From Clostridia bacterium (lineage in GTDB: Bacteria > Bacillota > Clostridia > Christensenellales > Aristaeellaceae): a stretch of 18,748 nt of DNA. Position numbers and translations under genes: made by a program. Positions 1-7,973 of this stretch are shown here, piece by piece (the first letter of the stretch is position 1; every line of letters starts with the position of its first letter). The stretch is from NCBI GenBank assembly GCA_024404275.1, contig JAKSQG010000019.1, positions 1 through 18,748 of the forward strand, written 5' to 3'. Below the pieces are notes generated by a model that made no database searches, was not told the origin of the DNA, and was given only the letters and a program-made list of their open reading frames with translations.

Positions 1-2417
1 CCATTGCTGCCCTGTCCGCTGACAAGGAAGCCAACGAGGCCGCCATTGCTGCCCTCACCGCTGACAAGGAAGCCAACGAGGCCGCCATCGCCGCCCTCAC
101 CGCCGACAAGGAGGCCAATGAGGCGCAGATTGCCGCTCTCATCGATGAAAAGGCCTCCGCTGAAGCGCAAGTGCAGCAGCTGACCGCCGGCATGAATGCC
201 GCCGAAGCGCAGGTGGAAGAACTGACCACCCTCAAGACTGCCAACGAAGCCAAGATTGCCGAGCTGACCGCGGGCAAGGAAGCCGCCGAAGCGCAGGCGA
301 CCGAGCTGGCTGCCGTCATTCAGGCGACCGATGCCCGCATCAGCGAGCTGACCGGCTCCGGAACGGAGACCGCGGCGCAGATTGCCGCCCTCACCGCCGA
401 TAACGAAGCCGCCACCGTCCGCATTGCCGAGCTGACCGCCACCAAGGAAGAAGCAGAGACCCGCATCAACGAGCTGACTGCCCTCAAGCAGGAAGCAGAG
501 GCACAGCTGGCTCAGCTGGATGCCGACAAGGCCGCCGCCGAAGCACAGCTGGCCGAACTGGTCAGCGGCAAGGAAGCCGCCGAAGCGCGCATTGCTGAGC
601 TGACCGCCGAATATGCCGCCAACGAAAGCAAGCTGATTGAGCTGAGCGCCTCCCGTGACGCCGCCGAAGCCCGCATCGCCGAGCTGAGCAGCACGGAAGA
701 AAACGCCGCCGAACAGCTCGCCGCCGTCACCGCCGAAAAAGAAGCCGCCGAGGCGCAGATCGCTGCCCTCACCGCCGATAAGAACGCCGGTCTGAGCGAA
801 CTGGCGGAGCTTTCCGCGCAGGTCACCAAAGCCAAGGTACAGATCCTGGTTTTGGAAGCCACCCGTCAGAAGGCCGCCTCGGAGATTGAAACCCTGACTG
901 TCGAAAGAGACAACGCTGACACGCAGATTGCCGAGCTGACCGCCGGCAGTGCCGAGACCGAAAAGAGCATCAGCGAACTGACCGCTCTCAAGGAAGCCGC
1001 TGAAGCGCAGATTGCCGAGCTGAACAGCGCCGAGGGCTCTGTCACCGGCAAACTGGAAGAACTGGCCGCCACCGTCAGCGCCGCCGAGGCGCAGGTGACT
1101 GCCCTGACCGCTGAGAAAGAAACCGCCGAGGCGCAGATTGCCGTCCTGACGACCGAAAAAGAAGCCGCCGAGGCGCAGATCAGCGAGCTGACCGATGGCA
1201 AAGCTTCTGCCGAAGCCAAGACCGAAGAGCTCGCCGCCATCATTGCCGCCGCAGAGGAAAGCATCGTAACCCTGACCGCCGCCAAAGAGGCCGCCGAAGC
1301 GCAGGTCACGGAGCTGACCGCTCTCAAGGCCGAAAACGAAGCCGCCATCGCCGCGCTGACTGCCGGCAAGGAAGCCGCGGAAAGCGAAGCTGCCACGCTG
1401 GCGGCCGAGAAGGAAGCCGCTCTCGCCGAAGTGTCCCGCCTGACTGCCGAAAAGGAAGCCGCCGATGTGCAGATCGCACAGCTGACCGCCGAAAAGGAAG
1501 CTGCCGAAGCCAATATCGAAGCTTTGAACACCTCCATGGCTGCCGCCCAGCAGCAGATCAACGATCTGGCCGCCGGCAAGCAGGCCGCCGAAGCGCAGGT
1601 CGCGCAGTTGACCGCCGATAAGCAGGCCGAAGCCGAAGCCTCTGCCGCGCTCATTTATCAGATGGCCGGCACCTTCAAGAGCATGAACGCCTACAAGGAT
1701 GCCAAGGCGCTTTACGAGCAATTGGGCGATTACCTTGATTCCGCCGAGCAGGCCGCCCGCTGTGCCGATAAGATCGCCGAGATCCGCGAACAGTCCTTCA
1801 CCGTCCGCAACTATGTGACCTTCGGTTCCTACGAGCAGGATAACAACCTTGCCAACGGCGCCGAGCCCATTGAGTGGCTGGTGCTGGCCCGCGAGGGCGA
1901 CAAGGCGCTGCTCATCAGCCGCTATGTACTGGACGCCAAGCCCTACCATGCAGGCTATGAAAGCGTCACCTGGCAGGATTGCACGCTGCGTGAGTGGCTG
2001 AACAATGAGTTCATCAACGCCGCCTTCACCAATGCCGAGCAGAACGCCATCCTGATGACTGACTGCGACAACAGCTGCAGACAGAGTTACAGCGGCTGGC
2101 GCAAGGGCAGCAATGACACGCAGGACAAGATCTTCCTGCTGAGCTATCATGAAGCCTTTGTGGATTACTTCTGGGGCGACAGAAGCCGCAAGTGCGTCCC
2201 CACCGCTTACGCCAAGGCGCAGGGCGCCGTAACCAGCAGCGAAAACTTTGTGGCCGGTCAGGAGACCTGCTACTGGTGGACCCGCTCCAACGGCGAGACC
2301 CGCATCCGCGGTGCCGTGGTGTTCTATGACGGTTCCCGCTACCAGCGCGCGGTGGATTACTGCCGCAATGGTGTGCGTCCCGCCATCTGGGTCAACATCG
2401 AATCCGGTCAGTTTTAA
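1..2417 (+). CDS. 5'-truncated large Ala/Glu-rich repeat (coiled-coil-like) protein with a C-terminal DUF6273-like globular domain
   Basis: The frame that holds the 171..2417 ORF stays open back to the window edge (codons start at nt 3: IAALSADKEANEAA...), so the gene is 5'-partial. Stop is TAA at 2415..2417. After the repeats comes a linker (YQMAGTFKSMNAYKDAKALYEQLGDYLDSAEQAARC). The domain at ~1797..2414 has the motifs FGSYEQD, EWLVL, KIFLLS, CYWWTRS and RPAIWV. These recur in the second gene at 10316..11104 and match my recollection of Pfam DUF6273. Confidence 0.9.
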   Translation, partial: IAALSADKEANEAAIAALTADKEANEAAIAALTADKEANEAQIAALIDEKASAEAQVQQLTAGMNAAEAQVEELTTLKTANEAKIAELTAGKEAAEAQATELAAVIQATDARISELTGSGTETAAQIAALTADNEAATVRIAELTATKEEAETRINELTALKQEAEAQLAQLDADKAAAEAQLAELVSGKEAAEARIAELTAEYAANESKLIELSASRDAAEARIAELSSTEENAAEQLAAVTAEKEAAEAQIAALTADKNAGLSELAELSAQVTKAKVQILVLEATRQKAASEIETLTVERDNADTQIAELTAGSAETEKSISELTALKEAAEAQIAELNSAEGSVTGKLEELAATVSAAEAQVTALTAEKETAEAQIAVLTTEKEAAEAQISELTDGKASAEAKTEELAAIIAAAEESIVTLTAAKEAAEAQVTELTALKAENEAAIAALTAGKEAAESEAATLAAEKEAALAEVSRLTAEKEAADVQIAQLTAEKEAAEANIEALNTSMAAAQQQINDLAAGKQAAEAQVAQLTADKQAEAEASAALIYQMAGTFKSMNAYKDAKALYEQLGDYLDSAEQAARCADKIAEIREQSFTVRNYVTFGSYEQDNNLANGAEPIEWLVLAREGDKALLISRYVLDAKPYHAGYESVTWQDCTLREWLNNEFINAAFTNAEQNAILMTDCDNSCRQSYSGWRKGSNDTQDKIFLLSYHEAFVDYFWGDRSRKCVPTAYAKAQGAVTSSENFVAGQETCYWWTRSNGETRIRGAVVFYDGSRYQRAVDYCRNGVRPAIWVNIESGQF
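3..1640 (+). repeat. Tandem 42-nt (14-residue) coding repeat array, 39 consecutive units in perfect register (array continues upstream of the window)
   Basis: Units start at nt 3+42n for n=0..38, checked at 3, 171, 843 and 1599. Consensus is I-A-E-L-T-A-x-K-E-A-A-E-A-Q. Units 1 and 2 (3..44 and 45..86) are 40/42 nt identical. Later units are diverged at the DNA level but keep the period with no indel. Confidence 0.95.
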
Positions 2418-2430
2418 GTAAATAAAAGAA

Positions 2431-2471
2431 GCGGTACGCTTATCAAGAATGAAAGCGTACCGCTCTTTTTT
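2431..2471 (+). terminator. Rho-independent terminator after the repeat-protein gene
   Basis: Perfect 10-bp stem: gcggtacgct (2431..2440) pairs with agcgtaccgc (2454..2463). The loop is 13 nt and the stem is followed by ctttttt (2465..2471). It lies 14 nt after the TAA. Confidence 0.85.
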
Positions 2472-2611
2472 ATGCCCATGTGTCAAAGCAATCCAAGCGT
2501 ATGCATATTAATAATATTAATGATATAACTTCCTTTTTCGCGGAAGGTTTGGAAACCTCCTTTTGGGGCATCAAAAAGGGGGTTCCCAACGTCTCGTTTC
2601 CCTTTCTTCGT

Positions 2612-3565
2612 TCACCGCTCGCCGCGCAGACGGGCAAACAAGTCATCAAACAGCGCGTCGCGCTTGATATGATACACATAGCGCACGGGATGACGGCGCC
2701 CATCCTGTGCCCACCGGTGGTCATACTCCGGTATGGGCGCGGGAATCAGCTCATCCAGCATAAATTTTCCCGTCAGCCAGCCCACCGCCGTCACATCCCA
2801 GATGGGCTTGGACCAGCAGTGTACCTTGCTGCGTGCGGAACACTCGGAGACCGTATAATCATACAGATAATCGCACAGCGCGTTCTGCCCCTTCAGGTTC
2901 TCCCTCAGCTCGGGCTCCGTCGTGGCGAAAGCCGATACCACGCCATTGCAGGGCAGCAGTACCACCGCCGCGCCGCTGCGCAGCACCACGCGCCCCGCAG
3001 CCACATCCTGCATCATGTTGAACTCATGATTATCATGCCAGTGCAGGGCGTGCCCACCCAGCCAGACAATGACGATGCGGTCTCGGATCCGCGGCTCCAG
3101 CAGCAGCGCCGACGCCACATTGGTGATGGCAGCGATGGCGATCACATACAGCGGCTTTTCCGGCGTATACTGCATGGCTCTTGCCGCAAGGTCCCGTGCA
3201 GCAGGAGAATCCACCGCCGTTTTTTCATCCGGCAGATAGTCGGGCGAGCCGTCAAACACATTTTCTTTCATATCCTCCCGGCCCATCAGGGTCAGGATAT
3301 GTTCAATTTCCGCCCGGCTTTTTTTCATGCCGATGGCCGGCGTTTCCGCCTTATCGTTGCCGAAGGGCGCTGCATAGATTGCCTGCAGGCAGATTTTCTC
3401 TTCCGACAAAAGCAGATAGGCCAAAGCGAACTGGTCGTCGATCTCGTTATAGGTATCGGTATCCAGTACCGCGTCCACCTTCCCCTGTGGTCTTTCAAGG
3501 CGGCGGAGCAGGGCGGCATTGTCGAATTCGCCCGGCTGTTCCATGTCAAAGAAAGCATATTTCAT
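2612..3565 (-). CDS. Inosine-uridine-preferring nucleoside hydrolase (IUNH) family protein
   Basis: N-terminal Asp cluster VLDTDTYNEIDDQFAL resembles the IUNH DxDxxxDD calcium/ribose-binding motif. Length is ~317 aa with family-like content throughout (IAIAAITNVA..., WDVTAV). I prefer the ATG at 3565 (MKYAFFDME), which has AGGGGA upstream. The upstream in-frame ATG at 3595 lies inside the predicted -10 box. Stop is TGA. Confidence 0.8.
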   Translation of the reverse strand: MKYAFFDMEQPGEFDNAALLRRLERPQGKVDAVLDTDTYNEIDDQFALAYLLLSEEKICLQAIYAAPFGNDKAETPAIGMKKSRAEIEHILTLMGREDMKENVFDGSPDYLPDEKTAVDSPAARDLAARAMQYTPEKPLYVIAIAAITNVASALLLEPRIRDRIVIVWLGGHALHWHDNHEFNMMQDVAAGRVVLRSGAAVVLLPCNGVVSAFATTEPELRENLKGQNALCDYLYDYTVSECSARSKVHCWSKPIWDVTAVGWLTGKFMLDELIPAPIPEYDHRWAQDGRRHPVRYVYHIKRDALFDDLFARLRGER

Positions 3566-3593
3566 ATCGGTCTCATCCCCTTTTTCTGCACGC

Positions 3594-3623
3594 ATTATAG
3601 CACGGCATTTCCGCCCCTGTCAA
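3594..3623 (-). promoter_or_regulatory. Sigma-70/SigA-type promoter for the nucleoside hydrolase gene
   Basis: On the minus strand: TTGACA (3623..3618), 18-nt spacer, TGcTATAAT extended -10 (TATAAT = 3599..3594). Confidence 0.65.
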
Positions 3624-3632
3624 TTTGCCGCA

Positions 3633-3661
3633 TTGACATCCCCCATCCGCAAGGGTATAAT
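3633..3661 (+). promoter_or_regulatory. Consensus SigA-type promoter for the secreted-paralog operon
   Basis: TTGACA (3633..3638), exactly 17 nt of spacer, TATAAT (3656..3661). It sits ~37 nt upstream of the ATG at 3698. Confidence 0.8.
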
Positions 3662-3697
3662 ACGGTCAGAATCTTTCCAGATTGTGAGGTGACCGAT

Positions 3698-4534
3698 ATG
3701 CTCAGGCGATGTATGGCGCTGCTGCTGATGCTTTTTTTGCTTCTGCCGCCCGCATTTGCAGAGGAAAAGCTGCCGCTCAGCGCCGTGAATGCCGATGATA
3801 CCTTTACGGTCTATCTCAAGCAGAAGTATCATGTCATTGCCGCCGACGGCGCCGACAAATACCTCTACCGTGTGCAGCAGGGCAGCTGCACGGATGGACG
3901 CTATTACTACATCATCAAAGAAAACCAAAAGGTGCACGACTGTTCCGTTTGGAAGCTTGACCTTGAAACTTGGGAACCGGTCGACATTGCCTTCTCCCTG
4001 CCGCTGGGGCACGGCAACGATATGACCTATAACCCCGTCACAAACGAGCTGCTGGCGGTACACTACAAGCCCGAAAGAAACCGCATCACACGCCTTGACC
4101 CCGATACACTGCAGGTGCTGGGCACGCTTGAAATGCCCTACGAAAGCTTCTGCATCGGCTATTGCCGTGAGAGGGATCAGTACATCATCGGCGTGGCGGA
4201 CACCTATCAGTTTTACATCACCGACAGCGAGTTTCATGTGCTGTCCTATCATTATGGGTTGGATACAGGACTCATCACCCAAGGCGTGGACTGTGACGAG
4301 AACTATATCTATTTTCCGATGAACAGCAAGGATAAAAAGACGGTGGTCATTCTGGTCTATGACTGGGACGGCAACTATGTCAACACGCTGAAGCTCGGTA
4401 TCTTCCGTGAAATTGAAAGCATGTCACATGACGGCGATACCTGGTACATTGCCTTCAACGATTTCGGCAGCTGGGTCTACACCGCCACCATGACCGAAAA
4501 AGAGGGCAAGACCGTTTATCCGTGGGAAAAATAA
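3698..4534 (+). CDS. Secreted hypothetical protein, paralog A (predicted repeat/beta-rich fold, unknown family)
   Basis: Only the 3' part of the 2480..4534 ORF is real, because the 5' part is antisense to the hydrolase gene. ATG at 3698 is preceded by GAGGTG. Signal peptide is MLRRCMALLLMLFLLLPPAFA/EE. It shares conserved blocks with the next gene: VQQGSxTDGxY, HGNDMTYNP, DPDTL, ITDxEF, DTGLxxQGVxCDxxYIYFP, VYDWxGNYVNT and EIES. Stop is TAA. Confidence 0.88.
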   Translation: MLRRCMALLLMLFLLLPPAFAEEKLPLSAVNADDTFTVYLKQKYHVIAADGADKYLYRVQQGSCTDGRYYYIIKENQKVHDCSVWKLDLETWEPVDIAFSLPLGHGNDMTYNPVTNELLAVHYKPERNRITRLDPDTLQVLGTLEMPYESFCIGYCRERDQYIIGVADTYQFYITDSEFHVLSYHYGLDTGLITQGVDCDENYIYFPMNSKDKKTVVILVYDWDGNYVNTLKLGIFREIESMSHDGDTWYIAFNDFGSWVYTATMTEKEGKTVYPWEK

Positions 4535-4549
4535 AGGAGGAAATGAAAC

Positions 4550-5353
4550 ATGAAAAAGTTGATCAGTCTGCTGCTTGTTCTTCTGCTGCTCTGCCCCGCC
4601 GTACTGGCGGAGGACACCCTGTTTGGCGTGATTGAGCCCGATGTCAATTACAAGATCACCCTGACCCGCAAGGCGGTGCTCAAGGGCGGCGATACCTTCA
4701 AGACCATGAACTACCACGTGCAGCAGGGCAGCGCCACCGACGGCACCTATGCCTATTTTGTGCTGGAGGATCAGCATCAGTCCCTCGGCTCCATCTGGAA
4801 GGTGGATATGAGCACCTGGAAGGTCGTCGACACCATGTACGACCTGCCCATTGATCACGGCAACGACATGACCTACAACCCCGGCAAGCATCAGCTGGTG
4901 GTGGTCAACAATAAGCCCCATTACAACACCCTCACCTTTATCGACCCCGATACGCTGACCATCATTGAGACCAAAAAGCTTACCGCCGACATGTATGCCA
5001 TCGCCTACAACCCCGCAAGCGACCGTTATGTCATCGGTCTGAGCGGCAGCTGGAACTTTATGATCACTGATGGTGAGTTCAACGTGCAGCACCTGTGCAT
5101 CGGCAAGGATACCGGTCTGGTCAAGCAGGGTGTGGAGTGTGATGACAGCTACATCTATTTCCCGCAGTGCAAGTCCGACAACAGCATCAACCAGTTGGTG
5201 GTGTATGACTGGGAAGGCAACTATGTCAACACCATCCGCGTTTCCGCCTATCAGGAAATCGAAAGCCTGTTCCACAATGAGAACGGTACCTACATCGCCT
5301 TCAACGCCAGCGGCAGCTCCATTTACGAAGCCAAGCTGAACATCATCGAATAA
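4550..5353 (+). CDS. Secreted hypothetical protein, paralog B
   Basis: AGGAGG at 4535..4540 lies 9 nt before the ATG at 4550. Signal peptide is MKKLISLLLVLLLLCPAVLA/ED. It is collinear with paralog A along its full length. Only 15 nt separate the two genes, so they form an operon. Stop is TAA. Confidence 0.9.
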   Translation: MKKLISLLLVLLLLCPAVLAEDTLFGVIEPDVNYKITLTRKAVLKGGDTFKTMNYHVQQGSATDGTYAYFVLEDQHQSLGSIWKVDMSTWKVVDTMYDLPIDHGNDMTYNPGKHQLVVVNNKPHYNTLTFIDPDTLTIIETKKLTADMYAIAYNPASDRYVIGLSGSWNFMITDGEFNVQHLCIGKDTGLVKQGVECDDSYIYFPQCKSDNSINQLVVYDWEGNYVNTIRVSAYQEIESLFHNENGTYIAFNASGSSIYEAKLNIIE

Positions 5354-5375
5354 CGGGAACACAATAAAACAGACA

Positions 5376-5423
5376 GGGAGGTCACACTTTTCGCAGCCGA
5401 AAAGCGTGACCTCCCCTTATTTT
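5376..5423. terminator. Bidirectional rho-independent terminator between convergent genes
   Basis: 18-bp stem with one mismatch: gggaggtcacacttttcg (5376..5393) pairs with cgaaaagcgtgacctccc (5398..5415), with a 4-nt loop cagc. It is followed by cttatttt on the + strand. The preceding aataaaaca gives a T-run when read on the - strand. Confidence 0.85.
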
Positions 5424-5432
5424 CACCGTATA

Positions 5433-7229
5433 TCAGATACCGTCAAACTGCGGGCTGACATAGACCTGGAAGAACTGAATGCCGTCCTTGCGGGAGGCTT
5501 CCAATTCAGGGTATTCCAGCTCCTCAATGACCGGCAGCCTGCCGTCACAATAGCAATTCAGCGTATAGCTGACGTCCTTCAATCTGCCCTTCACAGCACC
5601 ATAGCGCAGAGTGATATTCTCCCAGCCCAAACGCTTATAGGACGCCCACCACAGGGTGCGGTGTGCCTCTTCCAGCGCGTCATAAAGCTTTACCAAAGCG
5701 GGAATCTTTTCTTCCGCAATGCGGCGCAGGGCGGAAGCATCCTTTTTCTTATACGCCGCACGCAACTGAAGGATCAACTGCGCCTTCTCATATGCCACAC
5801 GGAACAGCGCCGCGCCGTAGCGGCAGCGGGGATCGTTCTCGCACAGTGCCATGCGCCGCAGACCTTCCGCGTACTGCTCCGCCGCCGCTGCCAGATTGGG
5901 CTGATGCGGCAGAAGCGGATACAGCAGATCACAATAGATCAGGCCTTTGCCTGTGCGGTCATCGGTCTCATCCTTGTAGAAGCAGCCGAAGCCCTCGTAC
6001 ACCTCCCACGGCAAGCCGGTCAGCGTTTCCGCCATATGACGGGCTTCGTCCATGTCATAATCTTCCCCGCGCCAGCAAGCCTCGGAAAACAGCGTCATCT
6101 GGCTCATGGCCAGAAAATAATCGGTCTCGGTGCCGTCATCGCCCCACATGGTAGCGATCGCCGTGCGTACACCATGGCGCGCACAGGCTTTCAGGGCGGG
6201 TACCATGGTGGCATCCGTGCGCTTGACCTGCGGCATAAAGCCGCTCCACGTCCATACGCCGCCGGCAAACACGGTATTCTCGCTCATGCGTTCATGCTCG
6301 GACAGCATGTGCTCGTACCAGCGGTCCTCCATGTGGTAGTAGTCCCAGTAGACCATATCCACGTCGGGCAATCCGGCGATCACGCTCTATGGCAGATGGG
6401 AATCCAGATCGTAATATTCGTTCTGCTCCGAGCCCAGGCGGAAGAACATATCGCTCCACATCATGGCGTGGAAATGATACTTTTCGCAAAGATCGACCAC
6501 GCGCTTCAGATGACGCTTAAGCAGCTCGTAGCGATCCACCACACCGTATTTGCGCAGGTAGCGGATAAGGCCCATGTTATGCGCCTCATCCATGCCGATG
6601 TGCAGACGATTGGTACGGAAGCATTCACGGATGATCTTGATCTCCGCCTCGATGAACCGGTAGGTCTCTTCCTCATCGGCCATCAGGCAGTCATCGGTAT
6701 CCTTCAGATGGGATACAGCCTTCCACTGCAAAAACTGCCCCAAATGCGCCAGCGTCTGGATCTGCGGCAGCAGTTCGACGCCAAGGCTTGCCGCGTAATC
6801 GTCCAGCTCCTTGAGCTCCTCCGCGGTGTAGCGGCCGCGCAGATGCCCGAAGTAGGGATATTCGGGCACCGTGTAGGTATCCTCCATATACATGACAAAC
6901 AGGTTCATGCCGAGGGCTGCCATGGCGGCGATGTACTTTTTGCAGGCAGCCATCGTCATCACCGCACCGCGTGAGCAATCGATGAAGGCACCGCAGGAAG
7001 CAATGTGCCGCGATTCCCGGATATGCAGCTCCGTTTTGCCGTCTGCAACGGCCTGAACGAGCAAGAACACACCGCGTGCGAGGGCGGTTTTGTCCTCGGC
7101 GGCGATGGAGGCCGTACTGCCGTTCCACTCAACGGTCAGCCCGGCGCCGTCACAGACATCGATATCAAACGGAAAGCGCTTTCCGACGGTGCTTTCCACC
7201 GTTTGGCGGATGAATTCCATCTGCTCCAT
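5433..7229 (-). pseudogene. GH20-like beta-N-acetylhexosaminidase family gene interrupted by a single in-frame TAG (6387..6389); pseudogene or recoded
   Basis: The track ORFs 6387..7244 and 5433..6383 are in the same frame (7244-6383=861=3x287). The junction reads ...EYYDLDSHLP-TAG-S-V-IAGLPDVDMVYWDYYH.... The N-terminal half has a TIM-barrel-like region with HIGMDEAH (GH20 H-x-G-x-D-E catalytic pair). The C-terminal half continues the barrel (WGDDG) and adds a helical tail. The likely start is the ATG at 7229, 7 nt after GAGGAG, which overlaps the end of the ThuA-like gene. Final stop is TGA. Confidence 0.7.
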
Positions 7230-7233
7230 ATGA

Positions 7234-7947
7234 TTACTCCTCACCGATCTTTTTGATATGGGGAGAATACAGCTTTTCCACGCGATACATGGGCTTCACC
7301 CATTCCACGGCGTTCCTGATCACCGTCTGCACGTTGGGATCGTAGAAGATGGGGAAGGTCTCGTGACCGGGCTGGAAATAGAAGATGCGGCCGTTTTCAC
7401 GATGGAAGGTGCAGGCGGAGCGGAACACCTCACCGCCCTCATACCAGCCGATCATCAGCACCTGATCGGGCTCGGGCAGGGTGAAGGGCTCGCTGTAGGT
7501 CTCCTCATGCTCCAGCTCAAAATAGCGTCCGATGCCGCGCATGATGGGATGGGAGGGGCAGATGTTCCACAGGCGTTCCATATCGCCGTCCTCACGCCAG
7601 CTGACATCGCAGGAGGTGCCCATCAGCAGACGGAAGGGCTTGGAATGATGACCGCTGTGCAGGAAGATGATGCCCATGCCCTTCAGCACAGCGTTTCTGA
7701 CACGCTGCGCCACCTCGTCGGGCACGGCGGAATGGCGCAGATGACCCCACCAGAGCATGACATCGGTATCGTCCAGCACCTCATCGGTGATCTCTTCGAT
7801 GGTTTCCAGCGTAAAGCAGCGAACTTCGTTTTCATCCGAACGCAGGAAATCAGCCAGAGCGCCATGAATGCCCTGCGGATATACCTCGCGGACTTTTTCT
7901 TCGGTCTGCTCGTGATAAAATTCATTATAAATGGTAATTTTCGTCAT
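7234..7947 (-). CDS. ThuA-domain (trehalose-utilisation ThuA-like) protein
   Basis: Full-length family pattern: ITIYNEFYHE, VYPQGIHGALA, DVMLWWGH, IFLHSGHHSKPF, LMGTSC, WRE, ERLW, HPI, FRSACTF and IFYFQPGHETFP. GAAGGAG lies 10 nt upstream of the ATG. Stop is TAA. Confidence 0.88.
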   Translation of the reverse strand: MTKITIYNEFYHEQTEEKVREVYPQGIHGALADFLRSDENEVRCFTLETIEEITDEVLDDTDVMLWWGHLRHSAVPDEVAQRVRNAVLKGMGIIFLHSGHHSKPFRLLMGTSCDVSWREDGDMERLWNICPSHPIMRGIGRYFELEHEETYSEPFTLPEPDQVLMIGWYEGGEVFRSACTFHRENGRIFYFQPGHETFPIFYDPNVQTVIRNAVEWVKPMYRVEKLYSPHIKKIGEE

Positions 7948-7973
7948 TGTCTTCAGGCTCCTTCACTCATTGA

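Noticed and set aside
1-1640. Regularly spaced repeats considered as a possible CRISPR array or non-coding satellite
   Set aside because: The period is 42 nt with no unique spacers. The whole array is one open reading frame with a conserved amino-acid consensus. No cas genes or leader are present. It is a coding tandem repeat.
512-1654. Minus-strand ORFs 512..862 and 866..1654 encoding Ala/Ser/Cys-rich proteins
   Set aside because: They are antisense to the 42-nt coding repeat. Their low-complexity composition simply mirrors the GCC/GAA/GCG-rich sense codons. They have no SD sites and no recognisable motifs, whereas the sense strand shows strict 14-residue periodicity.
3565-3595. Upstream in-frame ATG (3595) as the start of the nucleoside hydrolase
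   Set aside because: That ATG overlaps the predicted -10 box (3594..3599) and has no SD. The ATG at 3565 is preceded by AGGGGA at a suitable distance.
2480-3697. The 5' two-thirds of the 684-aa + strand ORF 2480..4534
   Set aside because: This part is antisense to the well-supported nucleoside hydrolase gene and translates to Arg/His/Pro-rich nonsense. A consensus promoter (3633..3661), an SD and a signal peptide define the real start at 3698.
5406-6974. 522-aa + strand ORF (plus the smaller 5663..6154 and 6130..6339 ORFs)
   Set aside because: It is antisense to the GH20-like gene and has no family motifs. This is the typical stop-poor antisense frame of a GC-rich gene.
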